Shown piece by piece: positions 16,346-37,138 of a stretch of 64,000 nucleotides of DNA. The notes below the pieces were generated by a model, which was not told where the DNA came from, made no database searches, and saw only the letters and a list, made by a program, of their open reading frames with translations. The translations under genes were made by a program, and so were the position numbers. Each line of letters begins with the position of its first letter. Within the stretch, counting starts at the first letter, position 1. This stretch comes from the human T2T-CHM13v2.0 reference genome, Homo sapiens: assembly GCF_009914755.1 (NCBI RefSeq), contig NC_060931.1, one strand, 5' to 3'.

Positions 16346-18074
16346 TTTCACAAAGCTGGAAAAAAGGAGGGCATGGCATCATATGTGTGCCTGCATGTCC
16401 TGGGAGGGGACTGAGCTTAGAGGAGCCAGCGGTAGGCAGATGGAGCCACTGAAAATGGAGGACTCTAAAGGCTTTATGTGGGAGTTTAAATCTCATTTCT
16501 GGAGCAGAGCAGAAATGTTTCCCAGCTGCCTATGCAGAGTGTAAGAAACAAGAATGACTCTGCTCCACTGTCTCCTGGTACCTGCTCATCACTCTGCTCC
16601 CCACTAATCAGTGTTTACCTCATGTCGTCCTCACAAGCACCCCAGGTCTCCATAGCATGCTTCCCCTCTTACCTGTCACTTAAGATAATATCAGATTAAA
16701 CTGGGGTCGCTGTAAGCTTGAACTAGTTCTTGTTTAGCCTTACCTGTCTAGAGGCAGCTCCTTGATGCTCAGCTCAGCTCAAATTTACCTTGCACCAGAG
16801 CCCAGTGCTAAGAGAGGCTAGCATCAAGGCTAGCCACCACAGTCAGACCTCAGTGGATGAGGTTCAGACAGCACTGGAAGCTAGCCTTTGGGGCCATTTC
16901 ACACCCGCCTCATGGGCTCACAGCCATTTCCAGCATCCCTCCTGTATATCCTTTCTCGTCCTCTTGCTTTTGGGGCCTTCTCTTCTGACTCTGCTCTCAA
17001 GCACTGCTTAGTGTCCCAGCAGCCCTCAGGGTTAAAGTGAACAAGACCAGAGGATTCTAACCTTCCGTTCTGAAATATATTATCAAAACACTTTTATTTA
17101 ATAAAGAATTCCATTCACATTAATGTTAGGCAAAATATGTCTACTTTCAACTAACGATTAGCATGAATTGGAATAAAAACAGTCAAAAGCAAAAAAAAAG
17201 TGATATTTTTATTAACTCAGGCAGGCTTATTACAGGTAAAGGTGTTCTTTTCAGCACCATTTCTTTGAAATATTGAAAAGGGCTCATGGGCCACCTTGAC
17301 TACTTTTGAACACCTCTAGGGGCTTGGGAAACTTCTGCTTTAGTCCCTGCACTTGTGCTCCCACCCCAAACCTTGGTGCTTTCCTAGGCCTCCTGTTGTG
17401 TAGAGCCTGTGGGGTACTTAAACAGGTGACAGGAAACCCAGGACAGGACCAGGTCTGAAACTCTGGGCTAATTCCATATCTACTATGAATCCATATGAGA
17501 CAGAATTCTCTTGGTAATAACAGGCCCTTCAGATGATCCCAGCAACCCACTCCTGTGGGTGAGTAGGCATTTTCCACCAAGGCCCTAGAGTCAATATCCC
17601 TGGGACCATTTGTATGACTTGGGAGCCTTGAATGTGAGTGTTTGGGCCATACTGGGCTAGCCTTGCTGATACACAGGAGCTTTTCTGGGAATGGGTAGAG
17701 CAGTGAAAGTCACCTGAGATGCTGGAGAGGGTGTGATGTGCAGCAAGAGGGGGCTCTAAACTCTCACCAAATGGTGGTGACCTGGAAGGGAAGCATGAGA
17801 GGGGCTCATCGTGACCTTGTTACTGAGTGCCTAGAGCACAGGGCACTGCCCAGGGGTTGGGCAGGAGAGGACTCAGATGAAGGCAGCACCCTTGAGGCTC
17901 CAGGGCCACGGGCAGTTGGCTCCTGAGAGACACTCTTTGAAGAGGGCTTCACAATGAATCAGGAGAAGAACCAAGGAATAGAAGGGTTTATAAAGAGCAA
18001 TAAGGAAAATGGCTGAAGCCTAGCCAAGGCTTAATTCTGTGCAAAGAACTGACTGAATTGTAGTTACTGGCATT

Positions 18075-19025
<951 letters not shown>

Positions 19026-19126
19026 TCTTGTGTAGACAGTGCGCTGTAATTTAGCAGTGCGTTTTCAGTAGAATGACATGTTTCTTGGGGGGTCTCTTAC
19101 ATGCCCGTCTCTCTTTTGTTTTGTAG

Positions 19127-19158
19127 TGTTCCACTGGCAGGCCACCATCATGGGCCCG
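19127..19158 (+). CDS. UBE2D4: UBE2D4 exon 3 (LFHWQATIMGP)
   Basis: Polypyrimidine tract + tgtag acceptor, gtag donor, 32 nt, phase matches exon 2. Confidence 0.97.
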
Positions 19159-19176
19159 GTAGGTAGTAGCTGCTGA

Positions 19177-19356
<180 letters not shown>

Positions 19357-19653
19357 TGATGTTTGGATGAAGGACAGCATGTGACAAGGGGCCCTTCAAG
19401 TCAGGTATAGGTAAAAAGAGCTGTACGTGGGGTTTCTCTGAGGGCCCACTGCTCCACCCTGTGGTGAGAGTTTCCCAGGACTTTAATTACTGGACTTTGG
19501 GAATTAGCACCTGTTGTGATCAAGGGTCAGTGGGGTGAGCTGGTGCTGGCCTTACTGAGGCCACAGTTTGAATGCTTCTCCTTGTGACTGTAGCTGAGTC
19601 TGGTCATGTCTCCAGGCTCTGGCTCCCTTCTCTGCAGTCCCTTAGAGTTAGGA

Positions 19654-19880
19654 CAGGGGTTCTCAGCCGGGGTGATTTTGCTACTGCCCCAGGGACATTT
19701 GAGCAACATCTTAGGATATTTTGGGTTATCAAAACCGTGGTGAGGGAGTACTACTGGTATCTAGTCGGCAAAGGCCAGGGTATTCCAGGGATTCCCTGCA
19801 GTGCACAGGAGAGCCACCCTTCCCATGACAGATAATGATCAGCCCCAAGTGTCAATAGTGCCAAGGTGGACACACCCTGG
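19654..19880. mobile_element. MER20 hAT DNA transposon
   Basis: caggggttctcagccggggtgattttgc ... gtcaatagtgccaaggt...accctg matches MER20 ends. Confidence 0.75.
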
Positions 19881-20482
19881 TTTAGGACTGGTGAGTCACA
19901 CCTTCACTTTTCTTTATTAAGTTAAAAGAATAGCAAGCCTCCTTTGCCCTTCATGCACACACCATCCCATCAGTGGAGCTTTAGAGAGCAGTGCCACCAA
20001 AGGGAAGGAGAAGCCCAGGGAGCTGCCTCGACCACCCTGCCCTAGCATGTCTTGTGCACCGCAGGTCGTCTCACTCCCTGGACCCTTGGACCTCGTACTC
20101 CTTCTCACCTGGGCTCTGCATGGGTGGCCGAGCCTGCCCTGAGGCTCATAGTCCTGTGGAGGAGACAGGGCATTTAGCATGTGAGCTACTCAGCACTGGG
20201 AAGGAGCACAAGCAGTGGTTGGCAGCAGGAGCCAGGGTGGTGGAGAGATTGCCCTGAGAAAGGGGAACTGCAGGAGCTCAGCAAGAGGGCGGACAGGTCC
20301 CCAGGAAACTGCCCCAGGGGAGTGAGCCTGTGAGGAGTTGGGAAGGAGGCCAGAGGGGTACGGATGGCCCCAGGAGTAGGGTCTGCACGCCGTTGTGGGG
20401 ATCGCCACACCGACACAATCACTCTGCTGCCTTGTGGAGAAGAGGCTGGGGTTCAAGTGATTCTCCTGCTTCAGCCTCCTGA

Positions 20483-20728
<246 letters not shown>

Positions 20729-21253
20729 TGATATTGCTGTGTCTTACTACCTTGACTTGGCCTTGATGCCTCAATTTGAGTCAGAGGCTTAGCTGCTGTT
20801 TTGCATGTTGTTTATCTGAGTCAATGTGAAGAAGCCCCTTCTGTGCTCACCAGCTGCAGCTCTGTCCAGACATCGCCACCAGAGGCTACCTGGTGCCTGA
20901 GCATTTTAAATCTTTGTTAAATATGCTTAGGATCCCAGAGACCTTTTAAGCTTTTGGCAAGGGAGTGGAGTGTGCTGAGCAGGACAATGACAGATGCTAA
21001 AATAGCTTCACCACATTGGAGTACAACTGCTGTTCAAGGGAGTTTGGTTGAAAAATCATAAGCATGCTTCATGGTGCTGTGATCCACCCCTTCTCCCTTC
21101 CCCTCTGGAGAGACTGTGGCAGAGTCTTATCAAGTAGTAATTTTCTAGCTTGTCTCTTTCATTACTGTGTGAGCAGCTGAGGATTTTCCTTAAACAGATA
21201 CCAATGTAGTCCTGAATGTCTGTTGGGCATTTTCAGCATACCTAATTGCCTAA

Positions 21254-21425
<172 letters not shown>

Positions 21426-21459
21426 TGAGATTACAGGCACCCGCCACCACGCCGGCTAA

Positions 21460-21636
<177 letters not shown>

Positions 21637-22000
21637 TGAGTTGGGATTATTTTAACAAGGAGAGATGTGAGCTGAAAGGTGACAGTGACACTCTATGAGA
21701 GAAGAAAGTGCTTCTGTCTTTTAAAAATCTCCTTCCACAGGGGAACAGGAGCAACGATTTATGTTTTGGCACAAATTTTCTGACAATAGGAGGAATCTGG
21801 CAAGATTGCATGATCTTTATTGGAGATATTGAGGCAGATACTTAATGTCTGCGATGATTTTGAAGTTTGACCCTTCCTGGGAAAAATTACAGATGTTCAA
21901 GCTCACATGCACACAACTCTCTTCTCATATTCGAAAGTAAGTTTAAAAAAACTATTAAAAACTATATCAAACATGCAAAAAATTGTAGATAATGATATAA

Positions 22001-22263
<263 letters not shown>

Positions 22264-23160
22264 TAGTAGAGACGAGGTTTCACCATATTGGCCAGGCTGG
22301 TCTCGAACTCCTGACCTTGTGATCCACCCACCTCAACCTCCCAAAGTGCTGGGATTACAGGTGTGACCACTGTGCCCGGCCGGCAAAATCCTATGTTCCT
22401 TTGCCCCAGCCCCTGCGTTGGGGTCACTGCTCACCCAGAGGGAGTGTAGGTGAGGCAGATTCTTAGGCTCCTATAGCAGTACAAGCTGCACCTGACTCCG
22501 AGCACCTTGCACATCACAGGCAGCGGACTCTTCATGGGTCCCACAACATCCCTGGGAGAGGTACCATGTACCTACTTATAGTGAAGGCTCTGAGGTCCAA
22601 GGTCATTTGAAGAAGTAATGTGTGGCTGTGGTTTAAAAAAGAAAAAAAAAGTCAAATGTAGGACAGTATACAGTAGAAAATAGGACCTTCTTTAAACTTT
22701 GTCTCTCTAGCCACGCCTGGCCCCCCCGCCTTTTTTTTCCATAAGGCATTGAGTCCTACTTGTCTTTTCATTTCTCTTCCAAGAGTAATCTCAACCTGGA
22801 TAAGCACTTGTTTGTGCTTCCTTGTTTTTCCCATGAATGGAACAGACCTTTCCGTGAATCTGCATCTTGCTTTTCCCATAGCAATATATCTTGGAAATTG
22901 TTCCATATGATCACATTCATGTTTTAAAAATTCACCTCATTCTTTTTAAACAGGTGTAATATTCTGTTGCTTATATATAACATTAATTTAACCAGTAATC
23001 AATCTGAAGACATTTAGGTTTTACATCTTTTGTTACAGTGGTTATCCTTACATATTTGAAGTGCACAAGGGTATTTTAGGGCTAAATTCTGAGAAGGGGG
23101 GGTCTTAGAAAGGGTGAAGTAGAAAGGTGGGGAGGGTTTGTGGCCTGGCAGAGGGTCCAC

Positions 23161-24580
<1,420 letters not shown>

Positions 24581-24716
24581 GCTGATACATCAACAAAACA
24601 TCACTGCTTTTTGCATAAAACTTCCTGGGCTTTTGAGTCCTTTCCACCACGCTTGTTATTCCTCAGAGCATACTGCTTTCAGGGAGATGGTATCAATCCC
24701 CCTATGTTCAGAATGA

Positions 24717-25100
<384 letters not shown>

Positions 25101-26174
25101 TGAGTGGAAATGGAAGCTCAGAGAAAGAAGTCACCTTTCCCAGGTCACATAGCCCTGTCCACTGCTGTGCCCTTAAGTGGATATCCTTACACGCCTACGA
25201 GGCAGCACCAGCAGAACTTTGTGCCCCGCTCCCTGGCGCTTCTCAGCAGTCAATTGCCCTGGTGTGCTCAAGACTGTCACATGGGTGCAAGAAGAAAATA
25301 CTGATTCTACTTATATTTTTTTATCCAAAAATAAGAAAGGCAAATATTACATTACCTTCTCTGTTCCCTCATTTATTCATCTAATAAGCACAAAACGGAC
25401 TGTGAGTCAGCCCTGAAGGAAGATACAGGGCATGCCTCCGGGGGCCTCGAAGTTGGTGGAGAAATCCTCCCTTCCCAAAATAAATGATGTTGAGCACATG
25501 TCTTTGGTTGAAGTTGAAGAAACCAGTCTAAACTGAGCTTAGAAATGCAGATATTCCTTCTGAATTAAGATGGGCTGTGCATGGGCTATGTATGCACGAG
25601 AGACCTGAATGTAGATGGTGCAGTATCCTGGCAGGTGGAGCGTGGGAGGATGGTGAAAAATCAACCCAAGAGAAACAGAGCCTGGCCTAAATTTTAAATT
25701 TTTCTGTAGAGGAGACAGGGTCTCACTTTGTTGCCCAGGCCATTCTCAAACTCCTGGCCTCAAGCAGTCCTCCCATTGTGGCCTCCCAAAGCACTGGGAT
25801 TATAGGCGTGAGCCACTGTGCCCAGCCAAGTATCTTAAGAAAGGCAAACCTGCCCCTGTCATTTGTAGCTTTATGTGTGGGGACCTGTGGTCAGAACTTT
25901 GATGGACTCACTGAATCCAGTTTGTTTGGAATCATATGGTGAGTCGAAAGCAAAGCCAGGAATGAAAGTGTGCATTTCTCTCTGGGACCCCAAGAATCCA
26001 GGCACCACAATTCCTTCTGCTCCTCACCACAGCCCTAGTGGGTGATTCCCTTCCCCTAGGGTTGCTGAGAGCCACATTAAGTGCACATCTTAGAGATGGT
26101 GCTGGCACAGAGGAGGATGCATCTGCTTTGCAGTTAGAAGGACCTGGTTCAGAATTTCTTTATTTTTTTTTTGA

Positions 26175-26279
<105 letters not shown>

Positions 26280-26850
26280 TGAGTAGCTGGGATTACAAGC
26301 ATGCACCACTATGCCTGGCTAATTTTGTATTTTTTTAGTAGAGACAGGGTTTCTCCATGTTGGTCAGGCTGGTCTTGAACTCCCGACCTCAGGTGATCTG
26401 CCTGCCTCGGCCTCCCAAAGTGCTGGGATTACAGGCATGAGCCACCGCACCTGGTCCAGAATCTCATTTTAATCCATTTATTGGGTGTTCCAAGTCTGTG
26501 ACCTTGGACAAGTTACTTGAATGCTCTGAATTCTTGTTTCCTTAACAGTAAACAGGACTCCTAGGACTAAATGCCAGAGGTTCATGATGTAGGGTACAGA
26601 CAAGGATGGGAGGGCAGTTGGAGACTAAGATGGGGTGCTTCAGTGGAGAAGGGGAATGAGAACCAGGATGCACCCAGGAGGGAAGTATCCTAGCACAGCA
26701 TGCCTCAGGCCACACAGTGAGGACCACCTCGGCTGATACATGGGACGGGGCAAGTGGTGCATCAAGCAATTTAGATTGGGCTGTTGAAGGGAAGACAACT
26801 GCTTGGTCAAAATACAGAGTGCAAGTTCAGGGAAGTTTACCCAGGGGTGA

Positions 26851-27114
<264 letters not shown>

Positions 27115-28950
27115 TGAGCCATGTGCACAGAGGGTGTGCCCTGGGCTTGGACTCCTGGCTCTCTCACTAACATGTCCTTTGAGTCTAAGGAGGGAAAAGG
27201 AGATAAAAGCAGTTCCCCTCCTGGATAACTCATTAGCTGCTGCTACTGTATATGAAAACATTGCCAAGCCCTGCCCTCAAGACCAGCAAAATCAGTGGTC
27301 AGCCAAGAACAGACTCAGAAGAATCTGACAACAAGAAAAATTCTGATTTAAATTCTAGGGTTTATAGCCTAAGACAAGGGGATGTCTGCTTGGCTATACC
27401 GAAGGTGAGGCTGAGGGCAGTCAAGGTGGGAAACACTGCTGTGGTCAGTTCGCTGGCTCAGCTCAGAAGTCAGCAGTGTGTTAGACCTTCATTGCCAGCT
27501 CTCTGTTTAAACACCAATTAACAGACCCAGAATTGTAAAATTCCGACCCCCTAGGCCAGGCACAACCACATGCACTGTAGCATGAGGGTGTCTGTAGTTG
27601 GTGGGGCAGGCACAAGGAGTCATCGCCAAGTGTTAGTCTCTCAGTGCTGACAGCACTGTGAAAGAGGCCCAGGTGTGGCAGGGGCCGCAGTCCAGTGAGT
27701 GGTGTGAATCTCAGTTGTGGACCTTCAGGGAAGGTATTGCTAGCCCTTTTAAAAGACATCTTCAGTGAGTGCATTCTTCAGTTCATTACTCATTACTTCT
27801 TTTCTGTCTGAAGAGATTAGAATAGAGTATGTTTTTCCCTTTTTTTTTTGAGACAAGGTCTCATTCTGTTGCCCAGTCTGAAGTGCAGTGGTGTGATCAC
27901 AGCTTACTGCAGCCTCGATCTTCCAGGCTCAACCTATCCTCCTGCCTCAGCCTCCTGAGTAGCTGGGACTACAGGCGTGTCCCACCACACCTGGCTAATT
28001 TTTTGTAGAGACAGGGTTTTGCCATGTTGCCCAGGCTGGTCTTAAACTCCTGGACTCGAGCAATCTGCCCACCTAGGCCACCCAAAGTGCTGGGATTATA
28101 GGCGTGAGCCACCACACTCAGCCACATGTTTTTTTCAAATTATATTTTTCTTAAGACCTTTATAGATCTTATTATTTCCCTCATTGGAGTTTTCTCAATA
28201 ACAGTCAAAATTTTTAATTGACTGGGTTTGTTTATTTTAACACTTTTTACAAGATATTTTAGACATACCAAAAGTGATTTTTTTTCAGTGCCTCTTGTAA
28301 CTATAAATCTCTCTAATTTATAGTCTCATAGCATCAAGTGTCATTACAATGATGAGAGTAAGTGCACACACCTGCATAGTCTTCAATGGATGCCTGGCCT
28401 GCTCCATGTGCTTTACATACAGACTTCTCTAGTTTCCCCACAAGCACACAAGGCAGATACTTTCCCCATGGCAAGCAATCAAAAAAGCCAGGACACAGAG
28501 GGGCGGAACAGCTGCTGAGGACTGTACTGATGCACACCCCGGTAGGCAGATTCCCAAGCCCTTGTTCTGGAGTTTGTGTGCTGGACGGCCTGTAACTAGT
28601 ACAAACTGACCTTTGTGTGTCTCTTCTCTGTCCTCCCTGCATCCATATTGTAGGACAGGAGAAAGAAAGGGAGGAAGTCTGTTGCATTATTAAATCTTCC
28701 ACAGCAGATAGTTATGGAGAATCAACAGTTTGGGGTTTACACATGAGGGGTTCACCCAGCTGGGGGTTTACAGCCATGTCTGATGTGCTCCTGCTCCAGG
28801 GAAAGCCTTTATTCCACTCACCCATCAGCCGTAGATGTTTGACAAGCAGCAGCAGCAGCATTCCCCACATCAGTCCTGTTCTCTGCAGCACATTGAAGGG
28901 AAGTGACCATTTCAAGTGAGGGTGTCACTTCCTCTGCTTTTTTATTCCAG

Positions 28951-28996
28951 GTACAACAGACTAGCAAGAGAGTGGACACAAAAATATGCTATGTAA
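28951..28996 (+). CDS. UBE2D4: UBE2D4 exon 7 coding part (KYNRLAREWTQKYAM*)
   Basis: ttccag acceptor; TAA stop 28994-28996; exon lengths 24+64+32+78+106+94+46 = 444 nt = 147 aa + stop. Confidence 0.97.
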
Positions 28997-29837
28997 GTGC
29001 CTTGGAGGTTTTACATGAGACACTGTCCAAGAGAAGCTGGCAGAGAGGTCTTCCCTTAAAACTTTGGGCTGTTGGCTGAGCCATTCAAAGAGCATCATCT
29101 GTTCTTCAAACAAATGTTGGTCACCCAGTCTCTCCAGCTGCAGCATGTTGGTGCCATTTTCAGCAATTACGGCTTTGACAGTGCCACCTCTTTGATGCCA
29201 AATCAGCAACCATTGTTGTTATGATCTGCAGTCTTCCTGGTGACACTGGAATCTCTCTCTCTGCCGCCTCAGTTTGTCTGCTGGTCTCTTGGGGGGCCAG
29301 GCCCTGCACGTCTCTCCTACCCGGCCTCAAATGGTGCTGCTGCCCATGATGGTACCACACCAGGGCCTCAGCCTGGCCCCTCACCACATACCCTTTGCCT
29401 TTTAGAACTCAGTGCCATCCTGGGTGCCCAGGGCAGAGCAGGCTTTGTTCGCACCTCATCTGCTGCAGAACCACATCCTGAGGAGTCTCAGCTTATCCTG
29501 GAGGGAATTGGGAACAGTGTCACTGGGAAGTGAAGGCCTAGCCCTGTGGCTTCCACCAGTCTCCTCCTGCAGTGCCACGTGGTGGCATTTCTCGCCTCAC
29601 ACCAAGAAGCAGCAAGTGGAAAATTTCAGGATACAAAGCACATAACACCCCATAAGAGATGATTATGTTTTCAGAAGCAAGAGCAAAATTATGAAACCTC
29701 TAGAGATTTGGGTCATGTTACTCCATTTGATGAAGATTCTCACTACCGCCCGCTCCTCCCATAGGAGCCTACACTAAGTCCAAGTGTGAGCCATTCACAG
29801 ACTAGAACACAAGGAGGGAGAGAGACTCTTAAACGTA

Positions 29838-29843
29838 AATAAA
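29838..29843 (+). terminator. Candidate proximal UBE2D4 poly(A) signal AATAAA
   Basis: AATAAA ~840 nt after the stop, with U-rich sequence downstream; further AATAAA hexamers occur later (~30082, ~30930). Confidence 0.6.
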
Positions 29844-30447
29844 AATGCAATTCACTCACAACTCTAAATGATAATTGACATTTCAGCCTCTTTCTTTTAG
29901 GCAAAACAGAAGATACACACTATTAACAGTTATTTGAAGCCTTAAATTACAATAGCCTGTTAGGTGATCGGCTTTCTGCCTTGGCTTTCTGATGCAGCAC
30001 ATTTTAAGATTTGCCTTTAAAGCTTTGAGCCTTGAGATTAGGTTAGTTAGGAAGAGGACAACAAAGGGAAGAGATTATTCTAATAAAACTTCCACAGAGG
30101 GAAGAAAATTGAGGAGCTTCAGATCTCTAAAGCCAAATTCAACCTGATCTTTCTAGGTTGGTTATAAAGCTGGTCCACTTCCAGGAAGTGATGTGTAGGT
30201 GAATAGGAACAAAAGGTGAAGAAGCAGTAAAACTGTGACCAAGTGGCCAGATGGGGCTTTTGCCGGCTGATTGAAAGGAAGTCTACAGACCTAACATAAG
30301 CAGTCAGCCAAAGGTGGCTGTGGGAGGTTGATTTCTTCCAGAAACTTCCAAGTTGTGGCTACAAATTTATTGCCAGATATTTTCCCACTGAGAATACTGA
30401 GGTTATTCACATAATCACTTCCTTAACAAAGGAAGAAGCACTTTTAA

Positions 30448-30882
<435 letters not shown>

Positions 30883-32769
30883 TAATTCTTGTATCTTCGT
30901 TGCTTCTTTGGTCTTTGCTTAAACAAAACAATAAAGCTTAATAGTTGGGGAGAATGCTGTTACCAGTGTCCTCTAGGAAGGCTGTTAGCATATGGCTCTA
31001 CTGAGCAGCAGTGCCATCTGGTGCCTGAGATCATGTGCTTCAGGCAGTTGTCACACTGCATCTACAGCCAAGCATCACAGAAACACTTCACTCATGTGGT
31101 CAGGGAAGGTGGGACTGATTCACATGTTAGAGACAGGTCAGATGGGAAAATTAAGGCCCAACTTGGTGTTGGGGAATAACCATACTCTGGTCTTTCAAGT
31201 GTAGTAGCTGATGATTCCCAAGAAACTGATGAATTTTCTGAGTCCAGACAAAATTTCCCCAAGCCTGCTCTCTCTGTTGGATATACATAATAGAGAAAGT
31301 CAAATCAGCCCTTTGGGGTTTGTGGTAAAAATTCACTCACCCATTGAAGCCTAAGGTGGCTTTGTACCTTCCAGATCTCTCAGCAAATCCCCTGGGCAGA
31401 AATGTCACCTGCTTGCCATGTCTTTGAGGGGTTCAGGTCAGCCTGGAGAACAGGCTCCTTAGGTCAAAAACCTTGTTTTAAGAGCCACTGTGGTACAGTC
31501 AATGTAACCCACTTGTGCAGAAGCCATGCTTCCAAGGAAGGTCTCAGGTTGACAACTAGACATCAAATCTGAGAAGCCAACTGTGGAGTAATGTGTTTTT
31601 TTCTCTGTGGACAAGAGTGATCAGAAAGGTGCTTGATCTTGAACAATTGATCCATGATGAAAAAATGACCATTAGCTCTCCCCCAGAAGCGTCTGTGTTT
31701 GCTGAATGGAGCTGAGATTTTGATCCGCTATCAGACTCCAGAAAGATCCAGGAGTTCCAAGAACATGGCAAAGAGTCAAAATCTTAGGACAAGGAATTAA
31801 AATGCCAGAATGCAAATGTCCAACAGGCCTGGTAGCTCACAGCTATCAACACCCTAGAATTCCACACTGCCTCACTGCAGTTGCTCAAGGATGGGTATGT
31901 TTCTGTCTCTGAAATTCGGGAAAAAGCCTTAAGTGCCAGAGAAGGTGCTTCCAAGACTGTCTGCAGAATTCCTTTCCTAGGGTCTGTCTCTGGTACCCAA
32001 AAGGGCAGAGAAGGAACCCTAAGATTAGCATAGAGCCACTCATCTCTCCTCCCCTCCCCACCCCTTCTTCCCCTGCTTCCATTCCCCATGGCTCTCTCCT
32101 CTGACTGTGAAACACTTCCTCTCCAGCAGTGTTGGGAAAGTTCTGGACCTCTACTGGATCTAGCCATAAATGGTGGTCTTCAGAAAAATGGAGATTGTGG
32201 CTGCCAGCACCCACAAGACAGCAGCCTCATGCCATGCAGGCAGCAAGCCATCCTGAACAGCGTTCCTCCCAGAGTCTGTTTCCTCACCTGCTGTTCACTG
32301 GTGAGAGGAAAAGGGACTTGTTCTCCCTTGACCAGTTTTCTAGTTTTCCTGTTCCCACCCTGGTCTTTGCCTGATGACAGAGAAACTTTCTAAAAAAAAA
32401 CAAAAACAAAAGCTATAAAAAATCTGCAAAACACCCTATCAGAAGTCAATGATTTCCTTAAAAATACATCTACTTCCTTCCTGTCCTTCTTATCTTCTCC
32501 CTTGCCCCAGACAGGTGTGCTTGCAGGCATCCAGCTGCCTGCATCAGAGCTCCCCTTGAAGGCAGGTGCGCAGCTGGGCTCCACGTTGGAGGGCAACAGC
32601 AGAGCTGCCACTTATAGCCGGTCTTTCAACCCTGCTGTCCCCCAGCCCACCCACAATGGCTCAAAAGGCTGGTCTTCTGAGAAAGACTTGCTGCTAGCCA
32701 ATCATCACAGTCACTTTCCAGTTATGTTAAGTGGCATCAGAGCATTGATTAGCACTTACGGTATGCAAG

Positions 32770-35450
<2,681 letters not shown>

Positions 35451-35451
35451 A

Positions 35452-35960
35452 ACCTAAACTGCCTCTGTAACACTAATGAAAGGCCACCAGGTTAGAAGGA
35501 TGAGAGGGGCCTGAATTTGTAGTTAAATGATTACTGCCATTATTCCAAAGGTCACAAGATTTACAACTTCCCCCAATAACTCCTGTAAATAACATCACTA
35601 TTGTGGAACCTAAGATTGGCCTTTTGAGATGTCTTTTCAGGCTTTTGCATCTCTGATAACTGGATGGCCCCAGTTAGACTCCTGTGGCCCCACCCAGAAG
35701 CAGACAGCACATGAAGACCATTTTCCACAGCCCTATGACTGCACCCCAAACCAATTAGCAGCACCCATTCCCTAGCCCCCTGCCTGCCAAACTATTCTTT
35801 AAAAATCTTAGCCTCCAAATTTTCGGGGAGGCTGATTTGAGTAATAATAAAACTCTAGTCTCCCATTTAGCTGGCTCTATGTGTATTATACTCTTTCTCT
35901 GATCTTGATAGATCAGCTGTATCTGAGCAACAGGAAAGAAGAACCCATTGAGTGGTTACA
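35452..35960 (+). mobile_element. ERV1 LTR (LTR8-like), partial
   Basis: ggtcacaagattt, cctaagattggccttttgagat, agtaataataaaact poly(A) region, ends ggttaca. Confidence 0.6.
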
Positions 35961-37014
35961 GGACAGCCAACAGGAAACTTAAACAAGAAAAATGGGAGCA
36001 TGAGAGGGATAAGGGCGAGGGGGTCTACATAGGGCAGGCCACATCCTCTCCTCTTTAAAACCCATCAGGGTTTCCATTACACATAGAATAAAACCCAAAG
36101 CCCTTCCCTTGGCCTCTCCTTCTCCCTGTGTCCCACTTCTCAGACCAATTAAGCTGGCTCCTACCTCAGAACCCAGTCTCTGCTCCAGGGTTAGTTACCT
36201 CCTCTAAGGCTTTCCCTGGCCTATCAAGCTGAAACAGGTTTCCATACACTGCAACAGGAAGCAGTATCATGCTCCCTCAAACTTCTCACCACTAGAGACT
36301 CCTCCTTATAGTCTTCTCTACATGGAGCTTGGTCACCTCACTGAGCTGATCTAATTCCAGAACACAGAGACCTGCTTCTTTGGCCTGCACAACCTGGTTT
36401 CAGGTAAGGGTAGCTTCTCCTCAGGTAGACTAAAATTTGAAAAGTGCTCCCAGACCTCCTAGGGCTTCCACCTGGGACTGGTGGCCAAACGGGTGAAGGA
36501 ACCTGACAACTAGAAGGTGATTAAATAGGAGTATTCCCAGACAAAGAAGAGAAAAAAAGGTATGTTCACCAAAGAGAAGACGGTATAAGTACCATAAGAC
36601 TGATGGCCAAACTCCTCTAGAATATGGAGACTGGGGGCAGAGGGATGAGGGGGCAGAAAGTCACCTGAGGGTCTGGTCTGAAGGAAAAACAAGCAGAGAT
36701 GTTACTGAAGTAAGGGGGGAAAAGACTGAAAATTAGGAGATCTGGAGAGCCTCTATTTATGTAAATTCACTTTTTCTAATGTAAACAGTAGTGAAGTCAA
36801 AGTAGAGAAGTAGGGAGACCTGCACTGTGGAAAAGAGAAAAGATTGAAAAGAAGATCCAGGACGAATTCAAAGGAGGGGTGAAGACTGCAGACTGGACTG
36901 CTAAGGAGAAGAGATATTTTGCCACAACTTGAGACTTCTCCAGGTCAGGATGAAGTAACTGTTTTCCTCTCAGAAATGTCAGAGCTTCTGCCTGTAAGAC
37001 AAGGCAGTGGTTCA

Positions 37015-37138
37015 AATGTGTCCACCAAAGTTCATATCTTAGAGGCTTGATCTCCAGTGTGATGGTGTTGAGTGGTGGGAGGTGGGAGGTGCTGAGGCTC
37101 TCATGAATGGATTAATGCCATTATTTTAGAAGTGGGTT
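37015..37138 (+). mobile_element. MaLR LTR 5' fragment cut by the following LTR
   Basis: tgtgtccaccaaagttcat...ctctcatgaatggattaatgccatta, typical MST/MLT1 start. Confidence 0.55.

Noticed and set aside
32392-32420. A-rich run as a poly(A) tail or transcript end
   Set aside because: No adjacent AATAAA or TSD seen; likely genomic A-tract prone to internal oligo-dT priming.
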